A program made the translations under genes and the position numbers. From Vicugna vicugna (taxonomy: Eukaryota), in assembly GCA_013265495.1 (NCBI GenBank), contig MU058054.1, positions 496,001 through 560,000 on the forward strand: 64,000 nt of DNA. The letters are read 5' to 3'. This document shows positions 13,520 through 23,650 of this stretch, piece after piece. Within the stretch, counting starts at the first letter, position 1; every line of letters starts with the position of its first letter. Below the pieces are notes generated by a model, which ran no database searches, had not been told where the DNA came from, and was given only the letters and a program-made list of their open reading frames with translations.

Positions 13520-14620
13520 TAGTATGACAATAACTTAAAATACTTTTCTGAAGAAAAAGTTGGACATACACAGTCAGCCTATCTAGCAAAGACTCTGGCT
13601 ACTGGCCTATCAAATTGGATTAGCTTTAAAAAGTACATTAACTGGAACCGTAAATCACAAAAACTCACTAAAATGGTGCAAAGAGTTTCAAAGGTATAAA
13701 TATACTGAAGAGCACTAGAAAGCCAAGGCCCTAAGTAGAGACAAGTAGAAAAAAAATACTTTGAACTCTTTTTGTCTTACACGTGGAGGTTCTTTGCCAT
13801 CTGACCAAAAAAGCATTACTAGATATGGCCAAGGTGGGGGGGAGGATCCGATACCCTGGTTCACAATGAGAATTCCAGGCTTCTCTCGTTGCCTGGGGCA
13901 CAGTAATATGATTTTCCAGCACATTAGGGAAGCAAAAGTAGAACCAGAAAGTCTATGTACTGGCTGGATTTTGTTAATGTCACTTAAAATGGAGGAAAAA
14001 ATCCTAGCAAGATACCAAATAGAGTGCAGCAGATGGCAAACAAATATTATGAAGCAATCTTCACAAAATCTGCAGTGTGTCACAAATATACAAAATGGCA
14101 GAGTTTGGGAAAAGAGAATCATAACGGGCCATATGTTGTTAGCGATTTTATTTGAAGCAACATGCAATCCAAAAGAGAAACCAAGAGGAGGAACATAAAG
14201 GCCCAATAGAGGAGAGGCAGCCCCAGGTAAGGGGCGGTCAGGATGGCAAGCGGGGCGCCTACCGAGTCAACAGCAGACAGAGAGCAGACTCCGGGGAGCG
14301 CCCGGCCCACTGGCACCCACCGCTGTGGCAGGGCTCAGGCGGGCTTTTGAGAGAAACAACCTAGCATCTACCAAGAGCAACAGGAAGTCAAGCCAATACT
14401 GTATTTTATATGTCATTTGTCATATCACTTCAGTGCCAGGGAAGAGTCGATTAGAACTACAGCAAAGGCATTTTTCTCAGGCAAGAGGAAAGAAATGAAA
14501 ACACAACTGTAGAGGTTAGAAAGACATCAACAGGAAATTACCAGAAAAGTCGTCAAGTTTAGAGCCCTTCTCAGGTGTGGAATCTGAGATCTGGTGTGGA
14601 CTAGAAGCCATAGTGTTCGT
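13520..14620 (+). mobile_element. Degenerate non-LTR retrotransposon RT fossil, Hero/R2-like
   Basis: Collinear frameshifted motifs TLFVLHVE, FFAI, DTLVH, IPGFSRCLGHS..IREAK, WLDFVN, IP..V..M..KYY, WQSLGK, IITG..L.ILF, KGP..RQPQVR..QDG, KLPEK/KFRA resemble Hero RT domains as recalled. Confidence 0.7.
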
Positions 14621-14709
14621 GGTTGAATCTTCACATCCGTGAGGTGTAATTTCGCCCCAGGCCTCTCACCGCTGCTTCTTTCTCACTTCTTTGCTTCCTT
14701 TCTCTTTCC

Positions 14710-15330
14710 AAAAAATGTGTAAGCGCTGCCCACCACGCAGCAGGCAATGTTCTGGGCACTGGTACAGTTTAACAGCGGGAAAAGGAAAAGGCCTGCCCTC
14801 ATGGAGTTTGCACTCTACTTAAAAGGGATGAGGAAGTGAACCCCACAGGTATCTGGGGAGAGAATATTCCAGGCAGAGGGAACAGCTAATGCTAAGACCC
14901 TGAGGCAGAAGACCGCCTGGCATGGTCAAAAGAATGACAGAAAGCCAGAGTAGCTGGAAGAGAACTGAGAATAGGTGGGGGAGAGAGGCAAGTCCAGAGA
15001 AGTAATGGCGGGGCAGGGTTGGGGGCAGACGAAGAAGTGCAGGGCCTTGAAGGGCACGTTAAGGACTTGGCATTCACTCCCAAGTGAGATGGAAACCACC
15101 AGAGGATCTGGAGTGTAGTGACCGCACTTAACTTCTAACAGGATCACTTTGGCTGCTGTGTGGAAAAGAGGCCATGTGGGGCAAAAGCAGAAACAGGGAG
15201 ACCAGTTAGGCAACCACCGTCCTAGCCTAGGGGAGAGGGGCTGGTGGCCTAAAACGGGCTGAGGTTTTGAGCAGTCATCACATGCTGGATGTATTTTAAA
15301 GGCAGAGCTAACCAGATTTACTGATGGATG
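14710..15330 (+). mobile_element. L2 fragment
   Basis: gccctcatggagtttgcactcta, ccaggcagagggaacagc, aggatcactttggctgctgtgtgga motifs typical of L2 (element antisense to + strand). Confidence 0.7.
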
Positions 15331-16419
15331 CGCTCTGGACGGCTTGTCCATGTTACTTCATTCCTTCAAGCAGCCGTGCATTCCAGAAACACATGCTGAG
15401 AATGTACTATGTACCAGGTACCACGCTGGGTTACTAGGGATTCAAAAAGGAGCAGCACCATCTCTGACCTCAAGGAACAACTGGCCTTGTGCTTAGGTAA
15501 GACTTAAACCTCTTACTGCTCACGTGAAATAGCCAGACTACTGACCCCTACTCCTACAAACAACTACTTTCCTAAGACTAAAAAAGACTCGTACTTTTCA
15601 CATCGATACTACGGAATTTGAATAAATTAAAGCTCTCTTCAAATCATCTCAGATTCGAGGTACACAATTCTTAGGTGTTATATAATTTGTAGACTCAGTG
15701 TATGTCTACTGTTAATTACAATTTTCATTAATCTACCCAGTTTTATTTACAGGCAACCAGTTATCTTTTACATATGCTATAGTTTAAGCAAATAAAACTT
15801 CATTTTTCCCAGAATTTTTCCAGAAATTCACAAAACAACTGAAAAAGATTCCATTCAATGAGAAATGAGTATAAAATAATCATCATTGAAGAAAAACAAA
15901 TAAAATAAAGATTTATCCTATAGTCATATTTTCTGAACCAAAATTCAGACATGATTTGATGAGTGTGAAGATATTTAAGAGGGCTACAGACCAAAAGATG
16001 TGAAGTCAGAGCATCATGGAAAAGCAGGGCCATATGGTATTTATAGATATAAGTCAGCATTTGTCTACATAGGCTTAAAATGCCATCTTTCAAGTCACCA
16101 GTAAGATCTTACTATCCAGCAACACCAGCCCAACAGTCATTTTACAGCAGTAACTTGTCTAGAGAAGGTCCAGGGAAAGGAACACATGTAACAGACACGC
16201 ACAGGAAACTCATTAATGGGCACAGTGGATTTCCGTCACCTCATGTGTTGGTGTACTCATCAATCTGTTAATGAAACTGTGCAAATCAGCAGGGGCCTTT
16301 GGGCCCACAGCATATGGAAGGCCACTACATGCAAACATACAAGATATTCTATGGTTACGGAATTTAGCTGCATCTTGGAAAAGACAAATTAGTCAATAAC
16401 CAGTATCTGCTTGAAAAAT

Positions 16420-17590
16420 AAAGTTGGCTCCCCTTCTGACTCCTCCTTTCACCAAAATAAAATGAAGATGGCCCAAGAATTTTTTAAAAATCTTCTGTGT
16501 AATAAAAATGCATGCTGTTTTACAAAATAAAAAAATCTACACAAATACATATTTATAACATACTTAATGTGCATGTTTACTTAACCCTATTAAAGTGGAA
16601 AGAAAAGAGAGTATGAATGAATGTTTTTTCAACCTCTTGGAATGTGGAAGACCTTTCTAAGCGTGACATAAACTGAGAAGTCACAAAGGAAAATAGGATA
16701 AATCTGACCATGTAAAAACTTAAAACTTCTCCATGGGGGGAGAAAAAAAGAGAGGAAAAAAAGACCAAAACAAGCTGAAAGGAAAGGCAATAAACTAAAC
16801 AAGAAGATTTATAATGTATAAGACAAAGGGCCAATTTTCTTAATATTGGAAAGCTCTTAAATCAACTACAAAAAGACAATCTAATAGAAAAATGAGCAAA
16901 GGTGATAAATAGTTCACAGAAATTAAATACAAATGACCAAAATATAAATGAAAACATGCTCAAGCTCATTTATAATTGAAGAAACACAAAATAAAACAAT
17001 AATAGAATAATCCTTTTCCACATATCAAACTGGCATCAACTAAAGTCTGCTGGTACCCAGAGCTGGTGAGAGTAGAGGGAAGTGGGCGTTCTCAAACACT
17101 GCTTGTGGGAATGCAAACCGGTTCTAACTTTCGAAGAGCAACATGGAAACAGCTGTTAAAATGTAAAGTATGGATACTCTTTGTCTCAGTAGTTCTAAAT
17201 CCTAGAAATTTTATCCTACAAACACATTTCTACAATGTGGAAAACCATAAGGCAATGCTGTTGACTGCAGCATTTTTTCTTTCTAATACTACTGAAAAAC
17301 TGGTAACAACTTAAACTTAAAACTGGTCCATCAATAGGTTAAATAAAGCCACAGTTATAAAATTAAGTATAATGTAATCATCCGAAAGAATGAAGTTGAT
17401 TTGTGCACACTGATGCTGGAAAGACTCCCAAGATATACTATTAAGCGGGGGCATAGGAAACTGGTTGCAATATAGTTTATATCATGTATGAAAAACATTC
17501 TGTAAGGACAGAGAAGAAACTGTTAACTAGTGAATTGGGGAAATGAGGACTTTTCTTGCTTTATTTCAATACTGCTTGAATTTTTAAAAA
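16420..17590 (+). mobile_element. Old L1 (L1ME-like) fragment
   Basis: A-rich degenerate ORF2/3' UTR motifs (aaatgagcaaagg, aacactgcttgtgggaatgcaaa, ctagaaattttatcct). Confidence 0.65.
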
Positions 17591-18076
17591 ATATCATCTA
17601 TATCTTCTCAACTAAAAAAAAAAGATCAGACACTGTATGCTGAAAAGTAGTACATTCATTTGTATTTTTGTTGTAAGAGAAAAAGGATTTAAAAGTGGTA
17701 GAAAGAAATTTAGGGCCATCAGTCCAAGAGGTAACTTTGGCACAAACGGGCCTCCCTCCCCCATTCACCTCTAACCCCCCTTGGAAACACCATCCCCAGG
17801 GATAGAAATAAGAAAGCACAGAGCCACCACAGACCCTCTGCCCCCTCGGGACAGGGGGCCCAGTCAAATGTGGGAAAATTGGAAGCTGAAGCCTGAATTG
17901 TCCACCACCAACCAATTATATCCCACACCTGGGCAACTGCACAAATAATCCTTAAAGAGCAAATTACTTACTTAGCTTTAGGTTACATGCATTTTATAGT
18001 TCTCTTTTAAATACTGACATATATAATATTCCATTCTATTCATCAAGAGTGTTTCTACAAGGCACGAAGTTAAGAA

Positions 18077-18249
18077 CAGTCAACCCTCATTATCCACGAG
18101 GGACTGGCTCCAGGATTCCCCTGTGGACAGGACACCAAAACCTGTGGATGATCAAGTCCCTTATATACAATGTTGGTCCTCGGGATCTCCAGGTTCTGCA
18201 CCTGCAAATCAGGCGGATATGGAACCTATGGAAATGAGAGGGCCAACTG
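18077..18249 (+). mobile_element. MER2/Tigger-type MITE
   Basis: Terminal inverted repeats CAGTCAACCCTC...GAGGGCCAACTG followed by TA. Confidence 0.7.
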
Positions 18250-21200
18250 TACTAAGGGGAGCAGGAGTGAAACAAAAGATGGTCCCTGTCATGAAGTCAT
18301 TCAACATCTAGTGAGGAAGGGGAACTCCCACACAGCCAACCAGATGGCAGGCCCAACAGGTTACCTGCTCTAGGAAAGTGCCTGGAGATTAACCACACCT
18401 GGGGGATCAGAGGTTTCACTGAAGAGATGGCATTTCTCAGAACTGAATGATCAGTAAGGTTACCTGATCTTTCCCCTCTTTTCCACTTACTCAACTCTCT
18501 CGTTTTCCCTATGTTTATGTAAAACAGGTGAATTTGACACTGTCCTTTCTCTTGTTGCTTAATTCAAATTACTAAATGTAATACCACCTCTTTGGTATAA
18601 GAAACCAATTAGTGTTAGGTACACTTAGCAGTATTAAATTATTACCATAAATATCTTTGGTTAAAGTTTTATTTATTCAAGAGTTGTTTCAAAATATCAT
18701 AAACCACCAAAAGAGCTCAGAAAGTTCAGTAAATTAGCTTCCAAACTACATCTGTCCAATTATTTTTTATACATAGATCTCATTTATTAGTGCGGATCTT
18801 TGGTACAGAAAATAAGGCCACCCTAGAACAATCATGAAAAACAGCCAGTCTAAGATTTTCAGTCTGTAATAGAAAGTACATGATAATGTAAGCACAAAAA
18901 ACAAACAGCTATCACTATTTTGTCTCTCTGTATTTTTTATCTTAATCTTTCCACCTAAAACTGGTCTGGATGCAGATGGTATAGCACTTGCTGAGGGAAA
19001 AAAAGGAAAGCGATCTAGGAAGTTAAACCTAGGAGTTTAAACATTTTTTCTGTTAGGTTCAAGTATACTTTTCAGTGTTAGTTACCACAAATATTTCTTT
19101 AAACAAAGTTTTATTTATTCAAGAGTTGTTCCATCATACCCATAAACTGTAAGCCGCAAACTACACTTGACACACGTCACAGGCTTTCAACACGCTAGGT
19201 TTTAGAGAGTGCAAGTTTGACATCAGACAGAGCTGTGTTTAGATACTGGCTCCACCGCTTCCTACCTGACCACCTTCAGCAATCTTCTGAGCTTCAGTTT
19301 CTTCACAGGTATACCTGCCCTACCTCGCAGAGTTGCTGCCAAGATTAGCAACAGTCCACCTAAATCATCTAGTACCTCGCCTGGCCATCAACAGATGATA
19401 GCTAAAATGATCGGTATCATTCCCATGAACCCCAGCTCTGGAAGCCAGTACAGCACAGGCATATCGAGCCACTGTGAGGGACCCAGAAAGCAGGAAGTAC
19501 AAAGTACAAGTTGTTTTCTTTTTTTTTTTTTTGGCCATGCTTAAAAACAATCAGAATACACGATTTCAAGAATTATGACAACTCTCAGACCAAGTCTCAA
19601 CTGCGGCTGAGAACCTACACGTGAGAACTTCCTCTTTACCCCTTACTAGCCGTGAGGCTCGAGCGAGTGGCTTAGCAGAGATGTCCTCTCCTCGGAGCTA
19701 GCAACTGTCCTTCCAAGGACTTCCTGGGGGCCTTGTGAAGGTTAAATTAAACAAGATCACCCACGGAACTCTCTCAACCCCGCATCTGCCAACAGGAAGC
19801 GCTCCAAATGTTAACTCTCAGACTGTCCATGAAATCCCTGGCACCCCCAAGGAGTTACCGCAAGGGGTCTGAGAAGCTTGCAACACTTGTATTCCAGATA
19901 TACAGCCTATTTTTCAATAGTATATGGAGTCCAGTGTGGCTAATAAAATACTAATTATGGTAAGAATTCTACTCAAGTAGCTTTTAAAACCAGGAGATGA
20001 TTGTTGAAGAATATTCAACAGCAAATAGGGAAACAGCAATAGAGAAATACATAAAGTAACAAGTGTGCTCATTGAGCCAGCTTTTCCCCCATTCCAGCCC
20101 CAAGTCACTTTCCATGGGAAACCAGCAGAAAGCACTGCTGGGCGCATTTTTCAGATCCCTGTCTCTCAGTACACACACGAAGCTGGAAGGAGGAGGCGGG
20201 ATTAAACGTTTTACAAAATGGGATCGTACCACATATAGTTTGTTTAATTCAGTAATGTATCATGAATGTATTTCCATGTCAATGTTTAAAATCCTCTTTC
20301 TTTTTAGCCACTGCTTAATGCTTCAGACTATGGATAAATAATTAACCCACTACCGTAGGCATTTAGCTTACCTCTTGTTTTTTGCTATCAAAAATACTTC
20401 CACCAATGAACAACTTTGGCTGAGGGGCATTCAACACATGCGTAAGTAGTATTTCTGTTGGACAGTTTCCTAAAAGTGGATGTGCTCAAAGGTTTTGAAC
20501 ATTTTATATTTTGTTAAGGATTGCCAAACTGTCCTCTAAGAGAACATAAATAAAAGAGAGGATACTGTACTCTGTCTTTAACCATTTGCTTAAAAAACTA
20601 GAACAAAAAATATACAATCATATGGAGAAATGGTACATTCTGCTTCATAGAAAAGTGGCCCACATGAAAAAAAAAACGGGGACCACAGTTACAAATACTT
20701 ACTTTATCCTTAACACCAGACCCCTGTGCTACTGACTGACTTAACATCACTGAGCCCCTGACCAACCTGGACTGGTTTTCTAGTACACGCTGTCCTTACC
20801 CCAGTCCCCAAGCCAGTTGGTCTGGTGGGGTGTGGGGAAGGCTCAAGACCTGAAGTGTTTCCGACATCATTGAAAAGCCGTGCCAAGTCCCACTAAAACA
20901 GAATTATTCCAGGCAACGTTCACTTAAAAGCTCTACTCTGTTGCTGTTTTAAAGCAGCAAAGGATTAAAATCTTTTAATCAATAATCATTGGCCTACAGG
21001 TAGTTTACACGCTTCATTTTGCCCAACAATATTATTACAGCGAGGAGCAAGAGCAGATAAAGGTCATGTTGGTAATTAAAGCTATATTATAGAAATACGC
21101 ACACCCAAGATATGATTAAATAAGAAAATATTACTCGGTTCAGTATCATCATTAAACTTGCATAAATTTATAAATATTTAAATGTACCATATGATGACCA

Positions 21201-21304
21201 TAAATAATCTGTTTTTGTCAGTTTCTAAAGTAGTGCAACCCATAAACCCTTTGAAAAATTACTGCAGAAAGAAACAGTCAAGAAAGTGTACGAGCCAGAC
21301 TTAC

Positions 21305-21353
21305 ATTCAAATGCTGTGGTTGTTGCTTCAGGCAGAACCTGGCCTATCACATC
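21305..21353 (-). CDS. MAP2K5: MAP2K5 coding exon 2 (49 nt): DVIGQVLPEATTTAFE
   Basis: Acceptor tgtttag| and donor |gtaagt; in frame with exon 1; MEK5 PB1 sequence. Confidence 0.97.
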
Positions 21354-21906
21354 CTAAACAAAGAAAGAATAAAGAAACACAATTAGCCATCTTCTTTATT
21401 GCTAACATGTGGCAAATCCTAGAGGAAATATGAGAACCTGGGAGAGATTTTTTGAAATGCTGGCATAAACTATAAAAACATTAGCTCATAATCACACTTA
21501 GCCCAGCAATCTAAGTCCAGAGTTTAAATCTCTATTTGGGGCGGGAGCGGGGAGGGGGGGTCTTTAAAAAATCCTTCTACTTTGTATTAGTAACATAATG
21601 TTTTACTCTCGATTCAACAGTGTAGACAAATACACTGTTGTGTATTTACAAAAAAAAAAAAATAGGTTTCTTCTATGGGAGGCTGTAGGAAGAAGGTACT
21701 GTTAGTAGAAAAGGAGGTCTGGGGAGTTGGCCTGGGTTTAAATTTCAGCTCTACACTGTGTGACTGGAAACAAATTACTCAACCTCTCTGAGCCTCATAT
21801 TGATTATCCTCCAGTACAGGTCTAGTAATGCTTACAGAGGTAATGTAAAAAATATTAAGTAATGTAATAAACATGAGCTACACTGGCAACATTCAACAAA
21901 CTTACT

Positions 21907-22131
21907 TCTTTTTTTTTATTGAAGAATAGTTAGTTTACAATGTGTCAATTTCCGGTGTATAACACATTGCTTCAGTCATACGTGAATATACATATATTCA
22001 TTTTCATATTCTTTTTCACCATAAGCTACTATAAGATATCAAATATAGCTCCCTGTGCTATACAGTATAATCTTGTTTATCTATTTTATACATACCAGTC
22101 AGTATCTGCAAATCTCGAACTCCCAATTTCT
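21907..22131 (-). mobile_element. Young L1 3' fragment
   Basis: ttttttattgaag..agtttacaatgtgtcaatttc..ccctgtgctatacagta..agtatctgcaaatctcgaactcccaattt; same family as 53604-53881. Confidence 0.8.
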
Positions 22132-23372
22132 TGATACGTAACTACCAACACCTGGCCTTGCACTCACAGTGGGAAGACTTCAAAAAGACAACTTTCCATG
22201 GATTTAAATCAATAATATTACATTTAATATAAACAATTCTTATCAACCTTTACTTTTGAGCAACTGAAAAACATATTTACTGACACCGAAATAAAGTTAA
22301 GCTAGCCTACAAGAAAAGAGTTTATGTGCATATACAATCTGGTATCAATGTTTAAATGAACCTATAAAGTTGAAAACACTTGAAAAACAGTCTGCAGGGA
22401 CAGCTTAATTAAAGAGGCACAGAGCACTGCTGACAAATAGTTCTGGAGAAAGTGACCCTCCCCCATGTCCGGTCCAACCCAAGTGGCCTGCAAGCCTCAC
22501 TGCTCTGGCGGAGCTCTGCCACTATGTCCCTCCTGGGCTGCGCCAGAACTGTCGCCAGGCAGCCTGGGGACAAAGCTGCCTGCAGTATTTCTCAGCAGGG
22601 AGCCCAGAGCCCTCCTTACCAGGGCACTTAGAGGAGTGGCGGCTGCAACTTCCTTCTAAAGGCGGCCTTTTAGAAGCTTTTGCTGCAGTGGCAATTTGCA
22701 TAACAGCCTTGTCTCTACAGTGCTTTTTTATTTTTTTACATAAATCTGTGTATATAGAATTGATCAAAGGGAACTATCTTAGGCAACCTTTACTCATTAG
22801 AGCCAAAAGAGATTTTTTTTTTCCTTCTGGCTCTAGGATTAGCAAATGAAACATCAACCTTTTAAGGAAATGTTTGTAAAAGATTTTAGTGCTGAAAAAA
22901 ATTCTTTCTACCTACTTGTAGGCAAAAAGTGTGAATGACAGGTAAATGAAAACTGCAGAGCGAGCACGGAAAACATAGGCAGCCAGTGTAAGGCCTAAGA
23001 GTGTGGACAGGAGCCAGAATGCTGGCGTTAGACCGTGGCTCTGCCACTCAGTCACTGGGTGGCTGAATCTCTCTGTGCCTCAGTTTCCTTCTGTGTAACA
23101 TGAGATCATAACTGTTCCTACCTTGTAGGACTAAGGAGTTAATATTTGCAAAGTGTTTACAAGAGTGTCTAACGCATGGTAAGTATTAATGTCTATTAAA
23201 TAAATAAAACTAGTCACTGATGACTGGAACATTACAAATCTTACTGCACAATGAAACTCACACGTTTCAGCGCCTGACAATGAGTAAAGGATGGTCTCTG
23301 GTTCACTTACTTCATCATTCCAAAGCATGTACTGAGGACTAGCCAGTATTGGTTTAAAAAAAAAGGTGGGGT

Positions 23373-23477
23373 GTGCTCACTTCAGCAGCACATATACTAA
23401 AATTGGAATGATACAGAGATTAGCATGGCCCCTGCACAAGGATAACATGCAAATTCATGAAGTGTTCCATTTTTTTT
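23373..23477 (+). pseudogene. U6 snRNA retropseudogene
   Basis: GTGCTCACTTCAGCAGCACATATACTAAAATTGGAATGATACAGAGA-TTAGCATGGCCCCTGCACAAGG...TTCCATTTTT is near full-length U6 with CpG decay and a 3-nt deletion; flanked by similar ttaaaaaa..gg(t)ggg sequences (degenerate TSD). Confidence 0.93.
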
Positions 23478-23557
23478 AAAAAAGGGGGGGAGCACCCTCT
23501 ACTTCCCCAATCCTCCAAGTCTAAGTTATCACTGCTTACTTTCCGACAACCAATCTT

Positions 23558-23650
23558 TTATTTATTTTTTTTTTTGAAGGGGGTACTGGGACTTGAACCA
23601 GGACCACATGCATGCTAAGCACAAACTCTACCACTGAGCTGGTTGTCCCA
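23558..23650 (-). mobile_element. tRNA-Ala-derived SINE (vic-1-like, camelid type)
   Basis: Minus strand AGCTCAGTGGTAGAG...GCTTAGCATGCATG..GTCCTGGTTCAAGTCCCAGTACC plus A tail; perfect 13-bp TSD GACAACCAATCTT at 23545-23557 and 23651-23663. Confidence 0.8.

Noticed and set aside
13761..14198. 145-aa + ORF and overlapping 163-aa - ORF (13715-14206) as novel genes
   Set aside because: The + ORF starts at TTG and moves in and out of the RT-like frame, so it is a frameshifted fossil; the - ORF has no recognisable similarity.
23373..23477. Functional U6 gene
   Set aside because: All CpGs mutated, internal deletion, TSD-like flanks and no evident upstream PSE/TATA promoter.
23570..23645. tRNA-Ala gene
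   Set aside because: A tail, TSD and broken acceptor stem indicate a SINE.
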